From the NCBI RefSeq assembly GCF_009914755.1, contig NC_060925.1: a stretch of 64,000 nt of DNA; one strand, given 5' to 3'. The translations under genes were made by a program, and so were the position numbers. The number at the start of each line of letters is the position of its first letter. The stretch's first letter is position 1. Shown one piece after another: positions 1-14,109 of this stretch. This stretch comes from the human T2T-CHM13v2.0 reference genome, Homo sapiens. The notes under the pieces are model-generated. The model searched no databases, had not been told where the DNA came from, and saw nothing but the letters and a program-made list of their open reading frames with translations.

Positions 1-1072
1 GGAATCAGCACATAGAATCGAATGGAATTATCATCGAATGGAATTGAATGGAATCAACATCAAACGGAAAAAAACGGAATTATCGAATGCAATCGAAGAG
101 AATCATCGAATGGACCCGAATGGAATCATCTAATGGAATGGAATGGAATAATCCATGGACTCGAATGCAATCATCATCGAATGGAATCGAATGGAATCAT
201 CGAATGGACTCGAATGGAATAATCATTGAACGGAATCGAATGGAATCATCATCGGATGGAAACGAATGGAATCATCATCGAATGGAATCAAATAGAATTA
301 TGGAATGAAATCCAGTGTGATCATCATCGAATGGACCCGAAAGGAATCATCATCCAACGGATGCTAATGGAATCAACATCGAATGAATCAAATGGAAACA
401 CCATCGAATTGAAACGAATGGAATTACCATGAAATTGAAATGGATGGACTCATCATCAAATGGATTCGAATGGATTCATCAAATAAAATTGATTGAAATC
501 ATCATCGAATGGAATCGAATGGTATCATTGAATGGAATCGAATGGAATCATCATCAGATGGAAATGAATGGAATCGTCATAGAATGGAATCGAATGGATT
601 CATTGAATGGAATCAGATGGAATCATTGAATGGACTGGAATGGAATCATTGAATGGACTCGAAAGGGATCATTATTGAATGGAATTGAATGGAATCATCG
701 AATGGTCTCGATTGGAATCATTATCAAATGGAATCGAATGGAATCACCGAATAGAATCGAATGGAACAATCATCGAATGGACTCAAATGGAATTATCCTC
801 CAATGGAATCGAATGGAATTATCGAATGCAATCGAATGGAATTATCGAATGCAATCGAATAGAATCATCGAATGGACTCGAATGGAATCATCGAATGGAA
901 TGGAATGGAACAGTCAATGAACTCGAATGGAATCATCATTGAATGGAATCGAATGGAATCATCGAGTGGAATCGAAAGGAATTATGACCAAATGGAATCG
1001 AATGTAATCATCATCAAATGGAATCAAAAATAACCATCATCAATTGGTATTGAATGGAATTGTCATCAAATG

Positions 1073-1078
1073 GAATTC
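1073..1078. other. Example of the once-per-unit EcoRI site (GAATTC) that defines the 1.77-kb fragment
   Basis: Context is aaatgGAATTCaaagg. It recurs at the same position in each unit except the one with the deletion at about 62490. Confidence 0.9.
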
Positions 1079-1232
1079 AAAGGAATCATCATCAAATGGA
1101 ACCGAATGGAATCCTCATTGAATGGAAATGAAAGGGGTCATCATCTAATGGAATCGCATGGAATCATCATCAAATGGAATCGAATGGAATCATCATCAAA
1201 TGGAATCAAATGGAATCATTGAACAGAATTGA

Positions 1233-3476
1233 ATGGAACGGTCATCGAATGAGTTGAATGCAATCATCGAATGGTCTCGAATGGAATCATCTTCTAATGG
1301 AAAGGAATGGAATCATCGCATAGAATCGAATGGAATTATCATCGAATGGAATCGAATGGTATCAACACCAAACGGAAAAAAACGGAATTATCGAATGGAA
1401 TCGAAGAGAATCTTCGAACGGACCCGAATGGAATCATCTAATGGAATGGAATGGAATAATCCATGGACTCGAATGCAATCATCATCGAATGGAATCGAAT
1501 GGAATCATCGAATGGACTCGAATGGAATAATCATTGAACGGAATCGAATGGAATCATCATCGGATGGAAACGAATGGAATCATCATCGAATGGAAATGAA
1601 AGGAGTCATCATCTAATGGAATTGCATGGAATCACCATAAAATGGAATCGAATGGAATCAACATCAAATGGAATCAAATGGAATCATTGAACGGAATTGA
1701 ATGGAATCGTCATCGAATGAATTGAATGCAATCATCGAATGGTCTCGAATGGAATCATCTTCAAATGGAATGGAATGGAATCATCGCATAGAATCGAATG
1801 GAATTATCATCGAATGGAATCGAATGGAATCAACATCAAACGGAAAAAAACGGAATTATCGAATGGAATCGAAGAGAATCATCGAATGGACCCGAATGGA
1901 ATCATCTAATGGAATGGAATGGAATAATCCATGGACTCGAATGCAATCATCATCGAATGGAATCGAATGGAATCATCGAATGGACTCGAATGGAATAATC
2001 ATTGAACGGAATCGAATGGAATCATCATCGGATGGAAACGAATGGAATCATCATCGAATGGAAATGAAAGGAGTCATCATCTAATGGAATTGCATGGAAT
2101 CATCATAAAATGGAATCGAATGGAATCATCATCAAATGGAATCAAATGGAATCATTGATCGGAATTGAATGGAATCGTCATCGAATGAATTGAATGCAAT
2201 CATCGAATGGTCTCGAATGGAATCATCTTCACATGGAATGGAATGGAATCATCGCATAGAATCGAATGGAATTATCATCGAATGGAATCGAATGGTATCA
2301 ACATCAAACGGAAAAAAACGGAATTATCGAATGGAATCAAAGAGAATCTTCGAACGGACCCGAATGGAATCATCTAATGGAATGGAATGGAATAATCCAT
2401 GGACTCGAATGCAATCATCATCGAATGGAATCGAATGGAATCATTGAAAGGACTCGTATGGAATAATCATTGAACGGAATCGAATGGAATCATCATCGGA
2501 TGGAAATGAATGGAATCATCATCGAATGGAATCGAATAGAATTATGGAATGAAATCCAGTGTGATCATCATCGAATGGACCCGAATGGAATCATCATCCA
2601 ACGGAAGCTAATGGAATCAACATCCAATGAATCGAATGGAAACACCATCGAATTGAAACGAATGGAATTATCATGAAATTGAAATGGATGGACTCATCAT
2701 CGAATGGATTCGAATGGAATCATCGAATAAAATTGATTGAAATCATCATCGAATGGAATCGAATGGTATCATTGAATGGAATCGAATGGAATCATCATCA
2801 GATGGAAATGAATGGAATCGTCATAGAATGGAATCGAATGGATTCATTGAATGGAATCAGATGGAATCATCGAATGGACTGGAATGGAATCATTGAATGG
2901 ACTCGAAAGGGATCATTATTGAATGGAATTGAATGGAATCATCGAATGGTCTCGATTGGAATCATTATCAAATGGAATCGAATGGAATCACCGAACAGAA
3001 TCGAATGGAACAATCATCGAATGGACTCAAATGGAATTATCCTCAAATGGAATCGAATGGAATTATCGAATGCAATCGAATGGAATTATCGAATGCAATC
3101 GAATAGAATCATCGAATGGACTCGAATGGAATCATCGAATGGAATGGAATGGAACAGTCAATGAACTCGAATGGAATCATCATTGAATGGAATCGAATGG
3201 AATCATCGAGTGGAATCAAATGGAATTATGATCAAATGGAATCGAATGTAATCATCATCAAATGGAATCAAAAATAACCATCATCAATTGGTATTGAATG
3301 GAATTGTCATCAAATGGAATTCAAAGGAATCATCATCAAATGGAACCGAATGGAATCCTCATTGAATGGAAATGAAAGGGGTCATCATCTAATGGAATCG
3401 CATGGAATCATCATCAAATGGAATCGAATGGAATCATCATCAAATGGAATCTAATGGAATCATTGAACAGAATTGA
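1233..3476 (+). repeat. 2244-bp variant unit with three 468-bp modules
   Basis: Marks at 1233, 1701, 2169 and 3477 (468+468+1308). Confidence 0.93.
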
Positions 3477-6400
3477 ATGGAATCGTCATCGAATGAATTG
3501 AATGCAATCATCGAATGGTCTCGAATGGAATCATCTTCTAATGGAAAGGAATGGAATCATCGCATAGAATCGAATGGAATTATCATCGAATGGAATCGAA
3601 TGGTATCAACACCAAACGGAAAAAAACGGAATTATCGAATGGAATCGAAGAGAATCTTCGAACGGACCCGAATGGAATCATCTAATTGAATGGAATGGAA
3701 TAATCCATGGACTCGAATGCAATCATCATCGAATGGAATCGAATGGAATCATCGAATGGACTCGAATGGAATAATCATTGAACGGAATCGAATGGAATCA
3801 TCATCGGATGGAAACGAATGGAATCATCATCGAATGGAAATGAAAGGAGTCATCATCTAATGGAATTGCATGGAATCATCATAAAATGGAATCGAATGGA
3901 ATCAACATCAAATGGAATCAAATGGAATCATTGAACGGAATTGAATGGAATCGTCATCGAATGAATTGACTGCAATCATCGAATGGTCTCGAATGGAATT
4001 ATCTTCAAATGGAATGGAATGGAATCATCGCATAGAATCGAATGGAATTATCATCGAATGGAATCGAATGGAATCAACATCAAACGGAAAAAAACGGAAT
4101 TATCGAATGGACCCGAATGGAATCATCTAATGGAATGGAATGGAATAATCCATGGACTCGAATGCAATCATCATCGAATGGAATCGAATGGAATCATCGA
4201 ATGGACTCGAATGGAATAATCATTGAACGGAATCGAATGGAATCATCATCAGATGGAAATGAATGGAATCATCATCGAATGGAATCGAATAGAATTATGG
4301 AATGAAATCCAGTGTGATCATCATCGAATGGACCCGAATGGAATCATCATCCAACGGAAGCTAATGGAATCAACATCGAATGAATCGAATGGAAACACCA
4401 TCGAATTGAAACGAATGGAATTATCATGAAATTGAAATGGATGGACTCATCATCGAATGGATTCGAATGGAATCATCGAATAAAATTGATTGAAATCATC
4501 ATCCAATGGAATCGAATGGTATCATTGAATGGAATCGAATGGAATCATCATCAGATGGAAATGAATGGAATCGTCATAGAATGGAATCGAATGGATTCAT
4601 TGAATGGAATCAGATGGAATCATCGAATGGACTGGAATGGAATCATTGAATGGACTCGAAAGGGATCATGATTGAATGGAATTGAATGGAATCATCGAAT
4701 GGTCTCGATTGGAATCATTATAAAATGGAATCGAATGGAATCACCGAATAGAATCGAATGGAACAATCATCGAATGGACTCAAATGGAATTATCCTCCAA
4801 TGGAATCGAATGGAATTATCGAATGCAATCGAATGGAATTATCGAATGCAATCGAATAGAATCATCGAATGGACTCGAATGGAATCATCGAATGGAATGG
4901 AATGGAACAGTCAATGAACTCGAATGGAATCATCATTGAATGGAATCGAATGGAATCATCGAGTGGAATCGAATGGAATTATGATCAAATGGAATGGAAT
5001 GTAATCATCATCAAATGGAATCAAAAATAACCATCATCAATTGGTATTGAATGGAATTGTCATCAAATGGAATTCAAAGGAATCATCATCAAATGGAACC
5101 GAATGGCATCCTCATTGAATGGAAATGAAAGGGGTCATCATCTAATGGAATCGCATGGAATCATCATCAAATGGAATCGAATGGAATCATCATCAAATGG
5201 AATCTAATGGAATCATTGAACAGAATTGAATGGAATCGTCATCGAATGAATTGAATGCAATCATCGAATGGTCTCGAATGGAATCATCTTCTAATGGAAA
5301 GGAATGGAATCATCGCATAGAATCGAATGGAATTATCATCGAATGGAATCGAATGGTATCAAAACCAAACGGAAAAAAACGGAATTATCGAATGGAATCG
5401 AAGAGAATCTTCGAACGGACCCGAATGGAATCATCTAATGGAATGGAATGGAATAATCCATGGACTCGAATGCAATCATCATCGAATGGAATCGAATGGA
5501 ATCATCGAATGGACTCGAATGGAATAATCATTGAACGGAATCGATTGGAATCATCATCGGATGGAAACGAATGGAATCATCATCGAATGGAAATGAAAGG
5601 AGTCATCATCTAATGGAATTGCATGGAATCATCATAAAATGGAATCGAATGGAATCAACATCAAATGGAATCAAATGGAATCATTGAACGGAATTGAATG
5701 GAATCGTCATCGAATGAATTGACTGCAATCATCCAATGGTCTCGAATGGAATCATCTTCAAATGGAATGGAATGGAATCATCGCATAGAATCGAATGGAA
5801 TTATCATCGAATGGAATCGAATGGAATCAACATCAAACGGAACAAAACGGAATTATCGAATGGAATCGAAGAGAATCATCGAATGGACCCGAATGGAATC
5901 ATCTAATGGAATGGAATGGAATAATCCATGGACTCGAATGCAATCATCATCGAATGGAATCGAATGGAATCATCGAATGGACTCGAATGGAATAATCATT
6001 GAACGGAATCGAATGGAATCATCATCGGATGGAAATGAATGGAATCATCATCGAATGGAATCGAATAGAATTATGGAATGAAATCCAGTGTGATCATCAT
6101 CGAATGGACCCGAATGGAATCATCATCCAACGGAAGCTAATGGAATCAACATCGAATGAATCAAATGGAAACACCATCGAATGGAAACGAATGGAATTAT
6201 CATGAAATTGAAATGGATGGACTCATCATCGAATGGATTCGAATGGAATCATCGAATAAAATTGATTGAAATCATCATCGAATGGAATCGAATGGTATCA
6301 TTGAATGGAATCGAATGGAATCATCATCAGATGGAAATGAATGGAATCGTCATAGAATGGAATCGAATGGATTCATTGAATGGAATCAGATGGAATCATC

Positions 6401-9400
6401 GAATGGACTGGAATGGAATCATTGAATGGACTCGAAAGGGATCATGATTGAATGGAATTTAATGGAATCATCGAATGGTCTCGATTGGAATCATTATCAA
6501 ATGGAATCGAATGGAATCACCGAATAGAATCGAATGGAACAATCATCGAATGGACTCAAATGGAATTATCCTCAAATGGAATCGAATGGAATTATCGAAT
6601 GCAATCGAATGGAATTATCGAATGCAATCGAATAGAATCATCGAATGGACTCGAATGGAATCATCGAATGGAATGGAATGGAACAGTCAATGAACTCGAA
6701 TGGAATCATCATTGAATGGAATCGAATGGAATCATCGAGTGGAATCGAATGGAATTATGATCAAATGGAATCGAATGTTATCATCATCAAATGGAATCAA
6801 AAATAACCATCATCAATTGGTATTGAATGGAATTGTCATCAAATGGAATTCAAAGGAATCATCATCAAATGGAACCGAATGGAATCCTCATTGAATGGAA
6901 ATGAAAGGGGTCATCATCTAATGGAATCGCATGGAATCATCATCAAATGGAATCGAATGGAATCATCATCAAATGGAATCTAATGGAATCATTGAACAGA
7001 ATTGAATGGAATCGTCATCGAATGAATTGAATGCAATCATCGAATGGTCTCGAATGGAATCATCTTCTAATGGAAAGGAATGGAATCATCGCATAGAATC
7101 GAATGGAATTATCATCGAATGGAATCGAATGGTATCAACACCAAACGGAAAAAAACGGAATTATCGAATGGAATCGAAGAGAATCTTCGAACGGACCCGA
7201 ATGGAATCATCTAATGGAATGGAATGGAATAATCCATGGACTCGAATGCAATCAAAATCGAATGGAATCGAATGGAATCATCGAATGGACTCGAATGGAA
7301 TAATCATTGAACGGAATCGAATGGAATCATCATCGGATGGAAACGAATGGAATCATCATCGAATGGAAATGAAAGGAGTCATCATCTAATGGAATTGCAT
7401 GGAATCATCATAAAATGGAATCGAATGGAATCAACATCAAATGGAATCAAATGGAATCATTGAACGGAATTGAATGGAATCGTCATCGAATGAATTGACT
7501 GCAATCATCCAATGGTCTCGAATGGAATCATCTTCAAATGGAATGGAATGGAATCATCGCATAGAATCGAATGGAATTATCATCGAATGGAATCGAATGG
7601 AATCAACATCAAACGGAAAAAAACGGAATTATCGAATGGAATCGAAGAGAATCATCGAATGGACCCGAATGGAATCATCTAATGGAATGGAATGGAATAA
7701 TCCATGGACTCGAATGCAATCATCATCGAATGGAATCAAATGGAATCATCGAATGGACTCGAATGTAATAATCATTGAACGAAATCGAATGGAATCGTCA
7801 TCGGATGGAAATGAATGGAATCATCATCGAATGGAATCGAATAGAATTATGGAATGAAATCCAGTGTGATCATCATCGAATGGACCCGAATGGAATCATC
7901 ATCCAACGGAAGCTAATGGAATCAACATCGAATGAATCGAATGGAAACACCATCGAATTGAAACGAATGGAATTATCATGAAATTGAAATGGATGGACTC
8001 ATCATCGAATGGATTCGAATGGAATCATCGAATAAAATTGATTGAAATCATCATCCAATGGAATCGAATGGTATCATTGAATGGAATCGAATGGAATCAT
8101 CATCAGATGGAAATGAATGGAATCGTCATAGAATGGAATCGAATGGATTCATTGAATGGAATCAGATGGAATCATCGAATGGACTGGAATGGAATCATTG
8201 AATGGACTCGAAAGGGATCATGATTGAATGGAATTGAATGGAATCATCGAATGGTCTCGATTGGAATCATTATCAAATGGAATGGAATGGAATCACCGAA
8301 TAGAATCGAATGGAACAATCATCGAATGGACTCAAATGGAATTATCCTCCAATGGAATCGAATGGAATTATCGAATGCAATCGAATGGAATTATCGAATG
8401 CAATCGAATAGAATCATCGAATGGACTCGAATGGAATCATCGAATGGAATGGAATGGAACAGTCAATGAACTCGAATGGAATCATCATTGAATGGAATCG
8501 AATGGAATCATCGAGTGGAATCGAATGGAATTATGATCAAATGGAATGGAATGTAATCATCATCAAATGGAATCAAAAATAACCATCATCAATTGGTATT
8601 GAATGGAATTGTCATCAAATGGAATTCAAAGGAATCATCATCAAATGGAACCGAATGGAATCCTCATTGAATGGAAATGAAAGGGGTCATCATCTAATGG
8701 AATCGCATGGAATCATCATCAAATGGAATCGAATGGAATCATCATCAAATGGAATCTAATGGAATCATTGAACAGAATTGAATGGAATCGTCATCGAATG
8801 AATTGAATGCAATCATCGAATGGTCTCGAATGGAATCATCTTCTAATGGAAAGGAATGGAATCATCGCATAGAATCGAATGGAATTATCATCGAATGGAA
8901 TCGAATGGTATCAACACCAAACGGAAAAAAACGGAATTATCGAATGGAATCGAAGAGAATCTTCGAACGGACCCGAATGGAATCATCTAATGGAATGGAA
9001 TGGAATAATCCATGGACTCGAATGCAATCATCATCGAATGGAATCGAATGGAATCATCGAATGGACTCGAATGGAATAATCATTGAACGGAATCGAATGG
9101 AATCATCATCGGATGGAAACGAATGGAATCATCATCGAATGGAAATGAAAGGAGTCATCATCTAATGGAATTGCATGGAATCATCATAAAATGGAATCGA
9201 ATGGAATCAACATCAAATGGAATCAAATGGAATCATTGAACGGAATTGAATGGAATCGTCATCGAATGAATTGACTGCAATCATCCAATGGTCTCGAATG
9301 GAATCATCTTCAAATGGAATGGAATGGAATCATCGCATAGAATCGAATGGAATTATCATCGAATGGAATCGAATGGAATCAACATCCAACGGAAAAAAAC

Positions 9401-12400
9401 GGAATTATCGAATGGAATCGAAGAGAATCATCGAATGGACCCGAATGGAATCATCTAATGGAATGGAATGGAATAATCCATGGACTCGAATGCAATCATC
9501 ATCGAATGGAATCGAATGGAATCATCGAATGGACTCGAATGGAATAATCATTGAACGGAATCGAATGGAATCATCATCGGATGGAAATGAATGGAATCAT
9601 CATCGAATGGAATCGAATAGAATTATGGAATGAAATCCAGTGTGATCATCATCGAATGGACCCGAATGGAATCATCATCCAACGGAAGCTAATGGAATCA
9701 ACATCGAATGAATCCAATGGAAACACCATCGAATTGAAACGAATGGAATTATCATGAAATTGAAATGGATGGACTCATCATCGAATGGATTCGAATGGAA
9801 TCATCGAATAAAATTGATTGAAATCATCATCCAATGGAATCGAATGGTATCATTGAATGGAATCGAATGGAATCATCATCAGATGGAAATGAATGGAATC
9901 GTCATAGAATGGAATCGAATGGATTCATTGAATGGAATCAGATGGAATCATCGAATGGACTGGAATGGAATCATTGAATGGACTCGAAAGGGATCATGAT
10001 TGAATGGAATTGAATGGAATCATCGAATGGTCTCGATTGGAATCATTATCAAATGGAATCGAATGGAATCACCGAATAGAATCGAATGGAACAATCATCG
10101 AATGGACTCAAATGGAATTATCCTCAAATGGAATCGAATGGAATTATCGAATGCAATCGAATGGATTTATCGAATGCAATCGAATAGAATCATCGAATGG
10201 ACTCGAATGGAATCATCGAATGGAATGGAATGGAACAGTCAATGAACTCGAATGGAATCATCATTGAATGGAATCGAATGGAATCATCGAGTGGAATCGA
10301 ATGGAATTATGATCAAATGGAATCGAATGTTATCATCATCAAATGGAATCAAAAATAACCATCATCAATTGGTATTGAATGGAATTGTCATCAAATGGAA
10401 TTCAAAGGAATCATCATCAAATGGAACCGAATGGAATCCTCATTAAATGGAAATGAAAGGGGTCATCATCTAATGGAATCGCATGGAATCATCATCAAAT
10501 GGAATCGAATGGAATCATCATCAAATGGAATCTAATGGAATCATTGAACAGAATTGAATGGAATCGTCATCGAATGAATTGAATGCAATCATCGAATGGT
10601 CTCGAATGGAATCATCTTCTAATGGAAAGGAATGGAATCATCGCATAGAATCGAATGGAATTATCATCGAATGGAATCGAATGGTATCAACACCAAACGG
10701 AAAAAAACGGAATTATCGAATGGAATCGAAGAGAATCTTCGAACGGACCCGAATGGAATCATCTAATGGAATGGAATGGAATAATCCATGGACTCGAATG
10801 CAATCAAAATCGAATGGAATCGAATGGAATCATCGAATGGACTCGAATGGAATAATCATTGAACGGAATCGAATGGAATCATCATCGGATGGAAACGAAT
10901 GGAATCATCATCGAATGGAAATGAAAGGAGTCATCATCTAATGGAATTGCATGGAATCATCATAAAATGGAATCGAATGGAATCAACATCAAATGGAATC
11001 AAATGGAATCATTGAACGGAATTGAATGGAATCGTCATCGAATGAATTGACTGCAATCATCCAATGGTCTCGAATGGAATCATCTTCAAATGGAATGGAA
11101 TGGAATCATCGCATAGAATCGAATGGAATTATCATCGAATGGAATCGAATGGAATCAACATCAAACGGAAAAAAACGGAATTATCGAATGGAATCGAAGA
11201 GAATCATCGAATGGACCCGAATGGAATCATCTAATGGAATGGAATGGAATAATCCATGGACTCGAATGCAATCATCATCGAATGGAATCAAATGGAATCA
11301 TCGAATGGACTCGAATGTAATAATCATTGAACGGAATCGAATGGAATCGTCATCGGATGGAAATGAATGGAATCATCATCGAATGGAATCGAATAGAATT
11401 ATGGAATGAAATCCAGTGTGATCATCATCGAATGGACCCGAATGGAATCATCATCCAACGGAAGCTAATGGAATCAACATCGAATGAATCGAATGGAAAC
11501 ACCATCGAATTGAAACGAATGGAATTATCATGAAATTGAAATGGATGGACTCATCATCGAATGGATTCGAATGGAATCATCGAATAAAATTGATTGAAAT
11601 CATCATCCAATGGAATCGAATGGTATCATTGAATGGAATCGAATGGAATCATCATCAGATGGAAATGAATGGAATCGTCATAGAATGGAATCGAATGGAT
11701 TCATTGAATGGAATCAGATGGAATCATCGAATGGACTGGAATGGAATCATTGAATGGACTCGAAAGGGATCATGATTGAATGGAATTGAATGGAATCATC
11801 GAATGGTCTCGATTGGAATCATTATAAAATGGAATCGAATGGAATCACCGAATAGAATCGAATGGAACAATCATCGAATGGACTCAAATGGAATTATCCT
11901 CCAATGGAATCGAATGGAATTATCGAATGCAATCGAATGGAATTATCGAATGCAATCGAATAGAATCATCGAATGGACTCGAATGGAATCATCGAATGGA
12001 ATGGAATGGAACAGTCAATGAACTCGAATGGAATCATCATTGAATGGAATCGAATGGAATCATCGAGTGGAATCGAATGGAATTATGATCAAATGGAATG
12101 GAATGTAATCATCATCAAATGGAATCAAAAATAACCATCATCAATTGGTATTGAATGGAATTGTCATCAAATGGAATTCAAAGGAATCATCATCAAATGG
12201 AACCGAATGGAATCCTCATTGAATGGAAATGAAAGGGGTCATCATCTAATGGAATCGCATGGAATCATCATCAAATGGAATCGAATGGAATCATCATCAA
12301 ATGGAATCTAATGGAATCATTGAACAGAATTGAATGGAATCGTCATCGAATGAATTGAATGCAATCATCGAATGGTCTCGAATGGAATCATCTTCTAATG

Positions 12401-14109
12401 GAAAGGAATGGAATCATCGCATAGAATCGAATGGAATTATCATCGAATGGAATCGAATGGTATCAACACCAAACGGAAAAAAACGGAATTATCGAATGGA
12501 ATCGAAGAGAATCTTCGAACGGACCCGAATGGAATCATCTAATGGAATGGAATGGAATAATCCATGGACTCGAATGCAATCATCATCGAATGGAATCGAA
12601 TGGAATCATCGAATGGACTCGAATGGAATAATCATTGAACGGAATCGATTGGAATCATCATCGGATGGAAACGAATGGAATCATCATCGAATGGAAATGA
12701 AAGGAGTCATCATCTAATGGAATTGCATGGAATCATCATAAAATGGAATCGAATGGAATCAACATCAAATGGAATCAAATGGAATCATTGAACGGAATTG
12801 AATGGAATCGTCATCGAATGAATTGACTGCAATCATCCAATGGTCTCGAATGGAATCATCTTCAAATGGAATGGAATGGAATCATCGCATAGAATCGAAT
12901 GAAATTATCATCGAATGGAATCGAATGGAATCAACATCCAACGGAAAAAAACGGAATTATCGAATGGAATCGAAGAGAATCATCGAATGGACCCGAATGG
13001 AATCATCTAATGGAATGGAATGGAATAATCCATGGACTCGAATGCAATCATCATCGAATGGAATCGAATGGAATCATCGAATGGACTCGAATGGAATAAT
13101 CATTGAACGGAATCGAATGGAATCATCATCGGATGGAAATGAATGGAATCATCATCGAATGGAATCGAATAGAATTATGGAATGAAATCCAGTGTGATCA
13201 TCATCGAATGTACCCGAATGGAATCATCATCCAACGGAAGCTAATGGAATCAACATCGAATGAATCAAATGGAAACACCATCGAATTGAAACGAATGGAA
13301 TTATCATGAAATTGAAATGGATGGACTCATCATCGAATGGATTCGAATGGAATCATCGAATAAAATTGATTGAAATCATCATCGAATGGAATCGAATGGT
13401 ATCATTGAATGGAATCGAATGGAATCATCATCAGATGGAAATGAATGGAATCGTCATAGAATGGAATCGAATGGATTCATTGAATGGAATCAGATGGAAT
13501 CATCGAATGGACTGGAATGGAATCATTGAATGGACTCGAAAGGGATCATGATTGAATGGAATTTAATGGAATCATCGAATGGTCTCGATTGGAATCATTA
13601 TCAAATGGAATCGAATGGAATCACCGAATAGAATCGAATGGAACAATCATCGAATGGACTCAAATGGAATTATCCTCCAATGGAATCGAATGGAATTATC
13701 GAATGCAATCGAATGGAATTATCGAATGCAATCGAATAGAATCATCGAATGGACTCGAATGGAATCATCGAATGGAATGGAATGGAACAGTCAATGAACT
13801 CGAATGGAATCATCATTGAATGGAATCGAATGGAATCATCGAGTGGAATCGAATGGAATTATGATCAAATGGAATCGAATGTTATCCTTATCAAATGGAA
13901 TCAAAAATAACCATCATCAATTGGTATTGAATGGAATTGTCATCAAATGGAATTCAAAGGAATCATCATCAAATGGAACCGAATGGAATCCTCATTGAAT
14001 GGAAATGAAAGGGGTCATCATCTAATGGAATCGCATGGAATCATCATCAAATGGAATCGAATGGAATCATCATCAAATGGAATCTAATGGAATCATTGAA
14101 CAGAATTGA
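3477..14109 (+). repeat. Run of six canonical-type units (first is 1753 bp, then 5 x 1776 bp)
   Basis: Marks at 3477, 5230, 7006, 8782, 10558, 12334 and 14110. All six carry the gaaagggatcatGatt allele. Confidence 0.93.
5230..7005 (+). repeat. Representative canonical 1776-bp higher-order unit (468-bp module A followed by a 1308-bp segment starting with module B)
   Basis: Register marks at 5230, 5698 (+468) and 7006 (+1308). Single-copy markers include ccagtgtgatc, cggaagctaat, aataaaattgattg, gaaagggatc, gaacagtcaat, aaaaataacc and ggaattcaaagg. Confidence 0.95.

Noticed and set aside
895-910. GGAATG (TEAD/MCAT-like) and GGAA/nGAAn factor motifs
   Set aside because: They are inherent to the pentamer and occur only as short direct runs. 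There are no inverted nGAAn arrays and nothing specific to this window supports a regulatory call.
1371-1386. aacggaaaaaaacgg A-run as a poly(A) tail or terminator
   Set aside because: It is a substituted 26-bp monomer of normal length present in nearly every module, with no target-site duplication or hairpin.
2673-3164. Longest recurring ORF (163 aa, MKLKWMDSS...)
   Set aside because: It is intact in only some units and truncated by single SNPs in others (catGatt, cattga, ggattaa), with no sign of coding constraint.
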